64,000 nt of DNA, taken from assembly GCF_009914755.1 (NCBI RefSeq), contig NC_060933.1; one strand, 5' to 3'. The notes below the pieces were generated by a model that was not told the DNA's origin, ran no database searches, and saw only the letters and a list, made by a program, of their open reading frames with translations. This document shows positions 28,176 to 43,700 of the stretch, one piece after another. Position 1 is the first letter of the stretch; every line of letters begins with the position of its first letter. The translations under genes and the position numbers were made by a program. The stretch is from the human T2T-CHM13v2.0 reference genome, Homo sapiens.

Positions 28176-31100
28176 CCCGAGTGCAATGGAATGGAGAGGA
28201 ATGGAATGGAATGGAATGGAAACTACCCGAATGGAATGGAATGTAATGGAGTGTAAGGGAATTGAATACTATCAATCCGAATGTAATGGAATGGAATGGA
28301 ACGGAATGGAATGGAATGGAATGGAATGGAATGGAATGGAATGGAATGCAAAGGAATGGAATCAACCCGAGTGCAATCGAATGGAATCGAATGGAATGGA
28401 ATGCAATGGAATGGATTCAACTTGAATGGAATGGAAAGAATGGAATCAACACGAGTGGAATGGCATGGATTGGAAAGGAATGGAATGGAATCAACCCGAG
28501 TACAGGGGAACGGAATGGAATGGAATGCAATGGAATGGAATCATCCGTAATGGAATGGAAAGGAATGGAATGGAAGGGAATGGAATGGAATGGAATGGAA
28601 TCAACTCGATTGCAATCGAATGGAATGGAATGGAATTAACCCGAATAGAAAGGAATGGAATGGAACGGAACGGAACGGAATGGAATGGAATGGAATGGAA
28701 TGAAGTGGAATAGATCGGAACGGAATGGAATGGAATGGAATGGAATGCAATGGAATGGAATGGAATCAACGCGAGTGCAGGGGAATGGAATGGAATGGAA
28801 TGCAATGGAATGGAATCTTCCTGAATGGAATGGAATGGAATAGAATGAAATGCAATGGATTCAACTCGATTGCAATGGAATGGAATAGAATGGAATGGAA
28901 TGGAATGGAATGGAATTAACCCGAATAGAATGGAATGGAATGGAATGGAACGGAATGGAACGGAATGGAATGGAATGGAATGGAATGGAATGGTATGGAA
29001 TGGAATGGAATGGTACGGAATAGAATGGAATGGAACCAATTGTAATGGAATGGAATTGAATGGAATGGAATGGAATGGAATGGAATCAACGCGAGTGCAG
29101 GGGAATGTAATGGAACGGAATGCAATGGAATGGAATCATCCGGAATGGAATGGAATGGAATGGAATGGAATGGAATGGAATGGAATCAACCCGAGGGCAA
29201 TGGAATGGAGTGGAATGGAATGGAATGGAATGGAACAACCCGAATGGAATGGAATGTAATGGAGAGTAAGTGAGTTGAATAGAATCAATCCGAATGTAAT
29301 GGAATGGAACGGAATGGAATGGAATGCAATGGAATGGAATCAACCCGAGTACAATGGAACGGAATGGAATGGAATGGAATGGAATGGAATGGAATGGAAT
29401 GGAATGGAATGGAATGGAATGGAATGGAATGGAATCAACCCGAGTGCAATGGAATGGAGAGGAATGGAATGGAATGGAATGGAATGGAATGGAAACTACC
29501 CGAATGGAATGGAATGTAATGGAGTGTAAGGGAATTGAATAGAATCAATCCGAATGGAATGGAATGGAATGGAACGGAATGTAATGGAATGGAATGGAAT
29601 GGAATCAACCCCAGTTCAGGGGAATGGAATGGAATGGAATGCAATGGAATGGAATCATCCGGAATGGAATGGAATGGAATGCAATGGAATGGAATGGAAT
29701 GGAATCAACCCGAGTGCAATGGAATCGAGTGAAATGGAATGGAATGGAATGGAAACAACCAGAATGGATTGGAATATAATGGAGTGTAAGGGAATTGAAA
29801 AGAATCAATCTGAATGTAATGAAATGGAATGGAACGGAATGGAATGGAATGGAATGAAATGGAATGCAATGGAATGGAATCAACCCGAGTGCAATCGAAT
29901 GGAATCGAATGGAATGGAATGCAATGGAATGGATTCAACTAGAATGGAAAGGAAAGAATGGAATCAACACGAGTGGAATGGCATGGATTGGAATGGAATG
30001 GAATGGAATCAACCCGAGTACAGGAGAATGGAATGGAATGGAATGCAATGGAATGGAATCATCAGTAATGGAATGGAAAGGAATGGAAAGGACTGGAATG
30101 GAATGGAATGGAATGGAATGGAATGGAATGGAATCAACTCGATTGCAATCGAATGGAATGGAATGGAATTAACCCGAATAGAATGGAATGGAATGGAATG
30201 GAACGGAACGGAATGGAATGGAATGGAATGGAATGGAAAGGAAAGGAATGGAATGGAATGGAATGGAATGGAATGGAATGCCATGGAATCAACGCGAGTG
30301 CAGGGGAATGGAATGGAATCGAATGGAATGGAAAGGAATGGAATGGAATCAACCCGAGTGCAGGGGAATGTAATGGAACGGAATGCAATGGAATGGAATC
30401 ATCCGGAATGGAATGGAATGGAATGGAATGGAATGGAATGGAATGGAATCAACGCGAGTGCAGGGGAATGGAATGGAATGGAATGCAATGGAATGGAATC
30501 TTCCGGAATGGAATGGAATGGAATGGAATGGAATGCAATGGATTCAACTCGATTGCAATGGAATGGAATAGAATGGAATGGAATGCAATGGGATGGAATT
30601 AACCGGAATAGAATGGAATGGAATGGAATGGAACGGAACGGAACGTAACGGAACGGAACGGAACGGAATGGAATGGAATGCAATGGAATTGTATGGAATG
30701 GAATGGTATGGTACGGAATATAATGGAATGGAAAGAATTGGAATGGAATGGAATCGAATGGAATGGAATGGAATGGAATAGAAACAACCCGAGTGCAGGG
30801 GAATGTAATGGAATGGAATGTAATGGAATGGAATCATCCGGAATGGAATGGAATGGAATGGAATCAACCCGAGTGCAATGGAATGGAGTGGAATGGAATG
30901 GAATGGAATGGAACAACCCGAATGGAATGGAATGTAATGGAGAGTAAGGGAGTTGAATAGAATCAATCCGAATGTAATGGAATGGAATGGAACGGAATGG
31001 AATTGAATGGAATGGAATGGAATGCAATGGAATGGAATCACCCCGAGTGCAATGGAATGGAGAGGAATGGAATGGAATGGAATGGAAACTACCCGAATGG

Positions 31101-34100
31101 AATGGAATGTAATGGAGTGTAAGGGAATTGAATACTATCAATCCGAATGTAATGGAATGGAATGGAACGGAATGGAATGGAATGGAATGGAATGGAATGG
31201 AATGGAATGGAATGCAAAGGAATGGAATCAACCCGAGTGCAATCGAATGGAATCGAATGGAATGGAATGCAATGGAATGGATTCAACTTGAATGGAATGG
31301 AAAGAATGGAATCAACACGAGTGGAATGGCATGGATTGGAAAGGAATGGAATGGAATCAACCCGAGTACAGGGGAATGGAATGGAATGGAATGCAATGGA
31401 ATGGAATCATCCGTAATGGAATGGAAAGGAATGGAATGGAAGGGAATGGAATGGAATGGAATGGAATCAACTCGATTGCAATCGAATGGAATGGAATGGA
31501 ATTAACCCGAATAGAAAGGAATGGAATGGAACGGAACGGAACGGAATGGAATGGAATGGAATGGAATGAAGTGGAATAGATCGGAACGGAATGGAATGGA
31601 ATGGAATGGAATGCAATGGAATGGAATGGAATCAACGTGAGTGCAGGGGAATGGAATGGAATGGAATGCAATGGAATGGAATCTTCCTGAATGGAATGGA
31701 ATGGAATAGAATGAAATGCAATGGATTCAACTCGATTGCAATGGAATGGAATAGAATGGAATGGAATGGAATGGAATGGAATTAACCCGAATAGAATGGA
31801 ATGGAATGGAATGGAACGGAATGGAACGGAATGGAATGGAATGGAATGGAATAGAATGGTATGGAATGGAATGGAATGGTACGGAATAGAATGGAATGGA
31901 ACCAATTGTAATGGAATGGAATTGAATGGAATGGAATGGAATGGAATGGAATCAACGCGAGTGCAGGGGAATGTAATGGAACGGAATGCAATGGAATGGA
32001 ATCATCCGGAATGGAATGGAATGGAATGGAATGGAATGGAATGGAATGGAATGGAATCAACCCGAGGGCAATGGAATGGAGTGGAATGGAATGGAATGGA
32101 ATGGAACAACCCGAATGGAATGGAATGTAATGGAGAGTAAGTGAGTTGAATAGAATCAATCCGAATGTAATGGAATGGAACGGAATGGAATGGAATGCAA
32201 TGGAATGGAATCAACCCGAGTACAATGGAACGGAATGGAATGGAATGGAATGGAATGGAATGGAATGGAATGGAATGGAATGGAATGGAATGGAATGGAA
32301 TCAACCCGAGTGCAATGGAATGGAGAGGAATGGAATGGAATGGAATGGAATGGAATGGAAACTACCCGAATGGAATGGAATGTAATGGAGTGTAAGGGAA
32401 TGGAATAGAATCAATCCGAATGGAATGGAATGGAATGGAACGGAATGTAATGGAATGGAATGGAATGGAATCAACCCCAGTTCAGGGGAATGGAATGGAA
32501 TGGAATGCAATGGAATAGAATCATCCGGAATGGAATGGAATGGAATGCAATGGAATGGAATGGAATGGAATCAACCCGAGTGCAATGGAATCGAGTGAAA
32601 TGGAATGGAATGGAATAGAAACAACCAGAATGGATTGGAATATAATGGAGTGTAAGGGAATTGAAAAGAATCAATCTGAATGTAATGAAATGGAATGGAA
32701 CGGAATGGAATGGAATGGAATGAAATGGAATGCAATGGAATGGAATCAACCCGAGTGCAATCGAATGGAATCGAATGGAATGGAATGCAATGGAATGGAT
32801 TCAACTAGAATGGAAAGGAAAGAATGGAATCAACACGAGTGGAATGGCATGGATTGGAATGGAATGGAATGGAATCAACCCGAGTACAGGAGAATGGAAT
32901 GGAATGGAATGCAATGGAATGGAATCATCAGTAATGGAATGGAAAGAAATGGAAAGGACTGGAATGGAATGGAATGGAATGGAATGGAATGGAATGGAAT
33001 GGAATCAACTCGATTGCAATCGAATGGAATGGAATGGAATTAACCCGAATAGAATGGAATGGAATGGAATGGAACGGAACGGAATGGAATGGAATGGAAT
33101 GGAATGGAAAGGAAAGGAATGGAATGGAATGGAAGGGAATGGAATGGAATGCCATGGAATCAACGCGAGTGCAGGGGAATGGAATGGAATCGAATGGAAT
33201 GGAAAGGAATGGAATGGAATCAACCCGAGTGCAGGGGAATGTAATGGAACGGAATGCAATGGAATGGAATCATCCGGAATGGAATGGAATGGAATGGAAT
33301 GGAATGGAATGGAATGGAATCAACGCGAGTGCAGGGGAATGGAATGGAATGGAATGCAATGGAATGGAATCTTCCGGAATGGAATGGAATGGAATGGAAT
33401 GGAATGCAATGGATTCAACTCGATTGCAATGGAATGGAATAGAATGGAATGGAATGCAATGGGATGGAATTAACCGGAATAGAATGGAATGGAATGGAAT
33501 GGAACGGAACGGAACGGAACGGAACGGAACGGAACGGAATGGAATGGAATGCAATGGAATTGTATGGAATGGAATGGTATGGTACGGAATATAATGGAAT
33601 GGAAAGAATTGGAATGGAATGGAATCGAATGGAATGGAATGGAATGGAATAGAAACAACCCGAGTGCAGGGGAATGTAATGGAATGGAATGTAATGGAAT
33701 GGAATCATCCGGAATGGAATGGAATGGAATGGAATCAACCCGAGTGCAATGGAATGGAGTGGAATGGAATGGAATGGAATGGAACAACCCGAATGGAATG
33801 GAATGTAATGGAGAGTAAGGGAGTTGAATAGAATCAATCCGAATGTAATGGAATGGAATGGAACGGAATGGAATTGAATGGAATGGAATGGAATGCAATG
33901 GAATGGAATCACCCCGAGTGCAATGGAATGGAGAGGAATGGAATGGAATGGAATGGAAACTACCCGAATGGAATGGAATGTAATGGAGTGTAAGGGAATT
34001 GAATACTATCAATCCGAATGTAATGGAATGGAATGGAACGGAATGGAATGGAATGGAATGGAATGGAATGGAATGGAATGGAATGCAAAGGAATGGAATC

Positions 34101-34552
34101 AACCCGAGTGCAATCGAATGGAATCGAATGGAATGGAATGCAATGGAATGGATTCAACTTGAATGGAATGGAAAGAATGGAATCAACACGAGTGGAATGG
34201 CATGGATTGGAAAGGAATGGAATGGAATCAACCCGAGTACAGGGGAATGGAATGGAATGGAATGCAATGGAATGGAATCATCCGTAATGGAATGGAAAGG
34301 AATGGAATGGAAGGGAATGGAATGGAATGGAATGGAATCAACTCGATTGCAATCGAATGGAATGGAATGGAATTAACCCGAATAGAAAGGAATGGAATGG
34401 AACGGAACGGAACGGAATGGAATGGAATGGAATGGAATGAAGTGGAATAGATCGGAACGGAATGGAATGGAATGGAATGGAATGCAATGGAATGGAATGG
34501 AATCAACGCGAGTGCAGGGGAATGGAATGGAATGGAATGCAATGGAATGGAA
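28176..34552 (+). repeat. ~2.87 kb tandem duplication, about 2.2 copies (28176-31041, 31042-33912, partial 33913-34552)
   Basis: Private variants GAATACTATCAATCC at 28264/31130/34001 and GAAGTGGAATAGATCGG at ~28702/31568/34439; offsets 2866 and 2871. Confidence 0.95.
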
Positions 34553-37500
34553 ACTTCCGGAATGGAATGGAATGGAATGGAATGGAATGAAATGCAATGG
34601 ATTCAACTCGATTGAAATGGAATGGAATAGAATGGAATGGAATGGAATGAAATGGAATTAACCCGAATAGAATGGAATGGAATGGAATGGAACGGAATGG
34701 AACGGAATGGAATGGAATGGAATGGAATGGAATGGAATGGTATGGAATGGAATGGAATGGTACGGAATAGAATGGAATGGAACGAATTGTAATGGAATGG
34801 AATTGAATGGAATGGAATGGAATGGAATGGAATCAACGCGAGTGCAGGGGAATGTAATGGAACGGAATGCAATGGAATGGAATCATCCGGAATGGAATGG
34901 AATGGAATGGAATGGAATCAACCGGATTGCAATGGAATGGAGTGGAATGGAATGGAATGGAATGGAATGGAATGGAATGGAATGGAATGGAATGCAATGA
35001 AATGGAATCAACCCGAGTACAATGGAATGGAATGGAATGGAATGGAATGGAATGGAATGGAATGGAATGGAATGGAATGCCTTCAATACGAATGGAATGG
35101 AAAGGAATGGAATCAACACGAGTGGAATGGAATGGAATGGAAAGGAATGGAATGGAATGGAATGGTACGGAATAGAATGGAATGGAACGAAATGGAATGG
35201 AATGGAACGAAATGGAGTGGAATGGAATGGAATGGAATGGAATGGAATGGAATCGTTCCGAGTGGAATAGGAGGGAATGTATTCGAGAGGAATGGAAAGG
35301 AATGGAATCAACCAGAGTGGAATGGAAGGGAATGGAATGGAATGGAAACTAATAGAATGAAATCAAACCGAGAGGAATGGAATGGAAAGGACAGGAATGG
35401 AATGGAATGGAATGGAATGGAATGGAATGGAATCAACCCTATTGTAATGGAATGGAATGCAACGGAATGGAATGGAATGGAATGGAATTAACCCAAATAC
35501 AATGGAATGGAATGGAATGGAACGGAATGAATTGGAATGGAATGGAATCAACCCGAGTGCAGGGCAATGGAATGGAATGGAATGCAATGGAATGGAATCA
35601 TCCGGAATGGAATGGAATGGAATGGAATGGAATGCAAAGCAATGGAATCAACTCGATTGCAATGGAATGGAATGGAATGGAAAGGAATACATTGGAATCA
35701 ACCCGAGTGGAATGGAATGGAAAGGACTGGAATGGAGTGGAATGGAATGCAATGGAATGGAATGGAATCAACTCGATTGGAATGGAATGGAATGGAATGG
35801 AATGGAATGGAATTAACCCGAATAGAATGGAATGGAATTAAATGGAACGGAACGGAATGGAATGGAATGGAATGGAATGGAATGGAATGGAATGGAATCA
35901 ACCCGACTGCAGGGGAATGGAATGGAATGGAATGCAATGGAATGGAAACTACCCGAATGGAATGGAATGTAACGGAGTGTAAGGGAATTGAATAGAATCA
36001 ATCCGAATGTAATGGAATGGAATGGAACGGAACGGAATGAATTGGAATGGAATGGAATGGAATGGAATGCAATGGAATGGAATCAACCCGAGTGCAATCG
36101 AATGGAATCGAATTGAATGGAATGCAATGGAATGTATTCAACTAGAATGGAATGGAAAGAATGGAATCAACACGAGTGGGATGGCATGGATTGGAATGGA
36201 ATGGAATGGAATCAACCCGAGTACAGGGGAATGGAATGGAATGGAATGCAATGGAATGCAATCATCCGTAATGGAATGGAAAGGAATGGAATGGAATGGA
36301 ATGGAATGGAATGGAATGGAATGGAATGGAATCAACTCGATTGCAATCGAATGGAATGGAATGAAATTAACCCGAATAGAATGGAATGGAATGGAATGGA
36401 ACGGAACGGAACGGAACGGAACGGAATGGAATGGAATGGAATGGAATGGAATGGAATGGAATGGAACGGAAAGGAATGGAATGGAATGGACTGGAATGGA
36501 ATGGAATGCAATGGAATGGAATCAACGCGAGTGCAGGGGAATGGAATGGAATGGAATGAAATATAATGGAATCTTCCGGAATGGAATGGAAAGGAATATA
36601 ATAAACCCGAGTGCAATGGAATGGAGTGGAATGGAATGGAATGGAATGGAACAACCCGAATGGAATGGAATGTAATGGAGAGTAAGGGAGTTGAATAGAA
36701 TCAATCCGAATGTAATGGAATGGAATGGAACGGAATGGAATGGAATGGAATGGAATGGAATGCAATGGAATGGAATCAACCCGAGTGCAATCGAATGGAA
36801 TCGAATGGAATGGAATGCAATGGAATGGATTCAACTTGAATGGAATGGAAAGAATGGAATCAACACGAGTGGAATGGCATGGATTGGAATGGAATGGAAT
36901 GGAATCAACCCGAGTACAGGGGAATGGAATGGAATGGAATGCAATGGAATGGAATCTTCCGTAATGGAATGGAAAGAATGGAATGGAAAGGAATGGAATG
37001 GAATGGAATGGAATCATCTCGATTGCAATCGAATGGAATGGAATGGAATTAACCGGAATAGAATGGAATGGAATGGAATGGAATGGAACGGAACGGATTG
37101 GAATGGAATGGAATGGAATGGAATGGAACGGAACGGAACGGAATGGAATGGAATGGAATGGAACGGAATGGAATCAACGCGAGTGCAGGGGAATGGAATG
37201 GAATGGAATGCAATGGAATGGAATCTTCCGGAATGGAATGGAATGGAATGGAATGGAATGCAATGGAATGGAATCTTCCGGAATGGAATGGAATGGAATG
37301 GAATAGAATGGAATGGAATGGAATGGAATGGAATTAATCCGAATAGAATGGAATGGAATGGAATGGAACGGAATGGAATGGAATGGAATGGAATGGAATG
37401 GTATGGAATGGAATGGAATGGTACGGAATAGAATGGAATGGAACGAATTGTAATGGAATGGAATTGAATGGAATGGAATGGAATGGAATGGAATGGAATC

Positions 37501-37719
37501 AACGCGAGTGCAGGGAAATGTAATGGAACGGAATGCAATGGAATGGAATCATCCGGAATGGAATGGAATGGAATGGAATGGATTGGAATGGAATCAACCC
37601 GAGTGCAATGGAATGTAATGGAGAGTAAGGGAGTTGAATAGAATCAATCCGAATGTAATGGAATGGAATGCAACGGAATGGAATGGAATGGAATGGAATG
37701 GAATGGAATGGAATGGAAT

Positions 37720-40700
37720 GCAATGGAATTGAATCAACCCGTGTACAATGGAATGGAATGGAATGGATTGGAATGGAATGGAATGGAATGGAATCGAATG
37801 GAAAGATACGGAATAGAATGGAATGGAACGAAATGGAATGGAATGGAATGGAATGGAATGGAATGGAATGGAATCGTTCCGAGTGGAATACGAGGGAATG
37901 TATTCGAGTGGAATGGAAAGGAATGGTATCAACCAGAGTGGAATGGAATGGAATGGAATGGAATGGAAACTAATAGAATGGAATCAACCCGAGTGGAATG
38001 GAATGGAAAGGACTGGAATGGAATGGAATGGAATGGAATCAACTCGGTTGTAATGGAATGGAATGGAATGGAATGGAATGGAATGGAATTAACCCGAATA
38101 CATTGGAATGGAATGGAATGGAGCGGAATGGAGTAGAATGGAATGGAATCAACCGAGTGCAGGGGAATGGAATGGAATGGAATGCAATGGAATGGAATCA
38201 TCCGGAATGGAATGGAATGGAATGGAATGAAAAGCAATAGAATCAACTCGATTGCAATGGAATGGAATGGAATGGAAAGGAATACATTTGAATCAACCCG
38301 AGTGGAATGGAATGGAAAGGACTGGAATGGAGTGGAATGGAATGGAATGGAATGGAATGGAATCAACTCGATTGGAATGGAATGGAATGGAATGGAATGG
38401 AATTAACCCGAATAGAATGGAATGGAATGGAATGGAACGGAACGGAACGGAATGGAATGGATTGGAATGGAATGGAATGGAATGGAATGGAACGGAAAGG
38501 AATGGAATGGAATGGAATGGAATGGAATCAACGCGAGTGCAGGGGAATGGAATGGAATGGAATGCAATGGAATGGAATCTTCCGGAATGGATTGGAATGG
38601 AATGGAATGGAATGGAATGGAATGGAATCAACCCGAGTGCAATGGAATGGAGTGGAATGGAATGGAATGGAATGGAACAACCCGAATGGAATGGAATGTA
38701 ATGGAGAGTAAGGGAGTTGAATAGAATCAATCCGAATGTAATGGAATGGAATGGAACGGAATGGAATTGAATGGAATGGAATGGAATGCAATGGATTGGA
38801 ATCAACCCGAGTGCAATGGAATGGAGAGGAATGGAATGGAATGGAATGGAAACTACGCGAATGGAATGGAATGTAATGGAGTGTAAGGGAATTGAATAGA
38901 ATAAATCCGAATGTAAAGGAATGGAATGGAACGGAATGGAATGGAATGGAATGGAATGGAATGCAATGGAATGGAATCAACCCGAGTGCAATCGAATGGA
39001 ATCGAATTGAATGGAATGCAATGGAATGGATTCAACTTGAATGGAATGGAAAGAATGGAATCAACACGAGTGGAATGGCATGGATTGGAATGGAATGGAA
39101 TGGAATCAACCTGAGTACAGGGGAGTGGAATGGAATGGAATGCAATGGAATGGAATCATCCGTAATGGAATGGAAAGGAATGGAATGGAATGGAATGGAA
39201 TGGAATGGAATGGAATGGAATCAACTCGATTGCAATCGAATGGAATGGAATGGAATTAACCCGAATAGAATGGAATGGAATGGAATGGAACGGAACGGAA
39301 TGGAATGGAATGGAATGGAATGGAACGGAATGGAATGGAATGGAATGGAATGGAATCAACGCGAGTGCAGGGGAATGGAATGGAATGGAATGCAATGGAA
39401 TGGAATCTTCCGGAATGGAATGGAATGGAATGGAATGGAATGAAATGCACTGGATTCAACTCGATTGCAATGGAATGGAATAGAATGGAATGGAATGGAA
39501 TGGAATGGAATTAATCCGAATAGAATGGAATGGAATGGAATGGAACGGAATGGAACGGAATGGAATGGAATGGAATGGAATGGAATGGAATGGTATGGAA
39601 TGGAATGGAATGGTACGGAATAGAATGGAATGGAACGAATTGTAATGGAATGGAATTGAATGGAATGGAATGGAATGGAATGGAATCAACGCGAGTGCAG
39701 GGGAATGTAATGGAACGGAATGCAATGGAATGGAATCATCCGGAATGGAATGGAATAGAATGGAATGGAATGGAATGGAATGGAATGGAATCAACCCGAG
39801 TGCAATGGAATGGAGTGGAATGGAATGGAATGGAACAACCCCAATGGAATGGAATGTAATGGAGAGTAAGGGAGTTGAATAGAATCAATCCGAATGTAAT
39901 GGAATGGAATGCAACGGAATGGAATGGAATGGAATGCAATGGAATGCAATGGAATGGAATCAACCCGAGTACAATGGAATGGAATGGAATGGAATGGAAT
40001 GGAATGGAATCGAATAGAATGGAATGGAATGGAATGATACGGAATAGAATGGAATGGAACGAAATGGAATGGAATGGAATGGAATGGAATGGAATGGAAT
40101 GGAATGGAATGGAATCGTTCCGAGTGGAATAGGAGGGAATGTATTCGAGTGGAATGGAAAGGAATGGAATCAGCCAGAGTGGAATGGAAGGGAATGGAAT
40201 GGAATGGAATGGAATGCAATAGAATGGAATCAACCCGAGTGCAATCGAATGGAATCAAATGGAATGGAATGCAACGGAATGGATTCAACTTGAATGGAAA
40301 GGAAAGAATGGAATCAACACGAGTGGAATGGCATGGATTGGAATGGAATGGAATGGAATCAACCCGAGTACAGGGGAATGGAATGGAATGGAATGCAATG
40401 GAATGGAATCATCAGTAATGGAATGGAAAGGAATGGAAAGGACTGGAATGGAATGGAATGGAATGGAATGGAATCAACTCGATTGCAATCGAATGGAATG
40501 GAATGGAATTAACCCGAATAGAATGGAATGGAATGGAATGTAACGGAACGGAATGGAATGGAATGGAACGGAAAGGAATGGAATGGAATGGAATGGAACG
40601 GAATGGAATGGAATGGATTCAACGCGAGTGCAGGGGAATGGAATGGAATCGAATGGAATGGAAAGGAATGGAATGGAATCAACCCGAGTGCAATGGAATG

Positions 40701-43700
40701 GAGTGGAATGGAAAGGAATGGAATGGAACAACCCGAATGGAATGGAATGTAATGGAGAGTAAGGGAGTTGAAAAGAATCAATCCGAATGTAATGGAATGG
40801 AATGGAACGTAATGGAATGGAATGGAATGGAATAGAATGCAATGGAAAGGAATCAACCCGAGTACAATGGAATGGAATGGAATGGAATGGAATGGAATGG
40901 AATGGAATGGAATGGAATGGAATGGAATGCAATGGAATGGAATCTTCCGGAATTGAATGGAATGGAATGGAATAGAATGGAATGGAATTAAAACGAATAG
41001 AATGGAATGGAATGGAATGGAACGGAACAGAACGGAACGGAACGGAACTGAGTGGAATTGAATGGAATGGAATTGTATGGAATGGAATGGAATGGTACGG
41101 AATAGAATGGAATGGAAAGAATTGGAATGGAATGGAATCGAACGGAATGGAAGGGAATGGAATGGAATGGAATGGAATCAACCCGAGCGCAATGGAATGG
41201 AGTGGAATGGAATGGAATGGAATGGAACAACCCGAATGGAATGGAATATAATGGAGAGTAAGGGAGTTGAATAGAATCAATCCGAATGTAATGGAATGGA
41301 ACGGAATGGAATGGAATGGAATGGAATGGAATGGAATGGAATGGAATGGAATGCAATGGAATGGAATCAACCCGAGTACAATGGAACGGAATGGAATGCA
41401 ATGTAATGTAATGGAATGGAATGGAATGGAATGGAATGGAATCAACCCGAGTGCAATGGAATGGAGAGGAATGGAATGGAATGGAATGGAAACTACCTGA
41501 ATGGAATGGAATGTAATGGAGTGCAAGGGAATTGAATAGAATCAATCCGAATGGAATGGAATGGAATGGAATGGAATCAACCCGAGTGCAGGGGAATGGA
41601 ATGGAATGGAATGCAATGGAATGGAATCATCCGGAATGGAATGGAATGGAATGCAATGGAATGGAATGGAATGGAATCAACCCGAGTGCAATGGAATGGA
41701 GTGAAATGGAATGGAATGCAATGGAGACAACCAGAATGGATTGGAATATAATGGAGTGTAAGGGAATTGAATAGAATAAATCTGAATGTAATGAAATGGA
41801 ATGGAACGGAATGGAATGGAATGGAATGGAATGGAATGGAATGCAATGGAATTGAATCAACCCGAGTACAATGGAATGGAATGGAATGGAATGCAATGGA
41901 ATGGAATCGAATGGAAAGATACGGAATAGAATGGAATGGAACGAAATGGAATGGAATGGAATGGAATGGAATGGAATGGAATCGTTCCGAGTGGAATACG
42001 AGGGAATGTATTCGAGTGGAATGGAAAGGAATGGTATCAACCAGAGTGGAATGGAAGGGAATGGAATGGAATGGAAACTAATAGAATGGAATCAACCCGA
42101 GTAGAATGGAATGGAAAGGACTGGAATGGAATGGAATGGAATGGAATCAACTCGGTTGTAATGGAATGGAATGGAATGGAATGGAATGGAATTAACCCGA
42201 ATACATTGGAATGGAATGGAATGGAACGGAATGGAGTGGAATGGAATGGAATCAACCGAGTGCAGGGGAATGGAATGGAATGGAATGCAATGGAATGGAA
42301 TCATCCGGAATGGAATGGAATGGAATGGAATGCAAAGCAATACAATCAACTCGATTGCAATGGAATGGAATGGAATGGAAAGGAATACATTGGAATCAAC
42401 CCGAGTGGAATGGAATGGAAAGGACTGGAATGGAGTGGAATGGAATGGAATGGAATCAACTCGATTGGAATGGAATGGAATGGAATGGAATGGAATTAAC
42501 CCGAATAGAATGGAATGGAATGGAATGGAACGGAACGGAACGGAATGAAATGGATTGGAATGGAATGGAATGGAATGGAATGGAACGGAAAGGAATGGAA
42601 TGGAATGGAATGGAATGGAATGGAATCAACGCGAGTGCAGGGGAATGGAATGGAATGGAATGCAATGGAATGGAATCTTCCGGAATGGAATGGAATGGAA
42701 TGGAATGGAATGGAATGGAATGGAATCAACCCGAGTGCAATGGAATGGAGTGGAATGGAATGGAATGGAATGGAACAACCCGAATGGAATGGAATGTAAT
42801 GGAGAGTAAGGGAGTTGAATAGAATCAATCCGAATGTAATGGAATGGAATGGAACGGAATGGAATTGAATGGAATGGAATGGAATGCAATGGATTGGAAT
42901 CAACCCGAGTGCAATGGAATGGAGAGGAATGGAATGGAATGGAATGGAAACTACCCGAATGGAATGGAATGTAATGGAGTGTAAGGGAATTGAATACAAT
43001 CAATCCGAATGTAAAGGAATGGAATGGAACGGAATGGAATGGAATGGAATGCAATGGAATGGAATCAACCCGAGTGCAATCGAATGGAATCGAATTGAAT
43101 GGAATGCAATGGAATGGATTCAACTTGAATGGAATGGAAAGAATGGAATCAACACGAGTGGAATGGCATGGATTGGAATGGAATGGAATGGAATCAACCT
43201 GAGTACAGGGGAGTGGAATGGAATGGAATGCAATGGAATGCAATCATCTGTAATGGAATGGAAAGGAATGGAATGGAATGGAATGGAATGGAATGGAATG
43301 GAATCAACTCGATTGCAATCGAATGGAATGGAATGGAATTAACCCGAATAGAATGGAATGGAATGGAATGGAACGGAATGGAATGGAATGGAATGGAATG
43401 GAATGGAACGGAATGGAATGGAATGGAATGGAATGGAATCAACGCGAGTGCAGGGCAATGGAATGGAATGGAATGCAATGGAATGGAATCTTCCGGAATG
43501 GAATGGAATGGAATGGAATGGAATGAAATGCACTGGATTCAACTCGATTGCAATGGAATGGAATAGAATGGAATGGAATGGAATGGAATGGAATTAATCC
43601 GAATAGAATGGAATGGAATGGAATGGAACGGAATGGAACGGAATGGAATGGAATGGAATGGAATGGAACGGTATGGAATGGAATGGAATGGTACGGAATA

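Noticed and set aside
36951-36965. GGAATCTTCCGTAAT counted as an HSE
   Set aside because: The third unit is TAA. The context shows it is a variant of the CATCCGTAAT motif, so it was left out of the HSE count.
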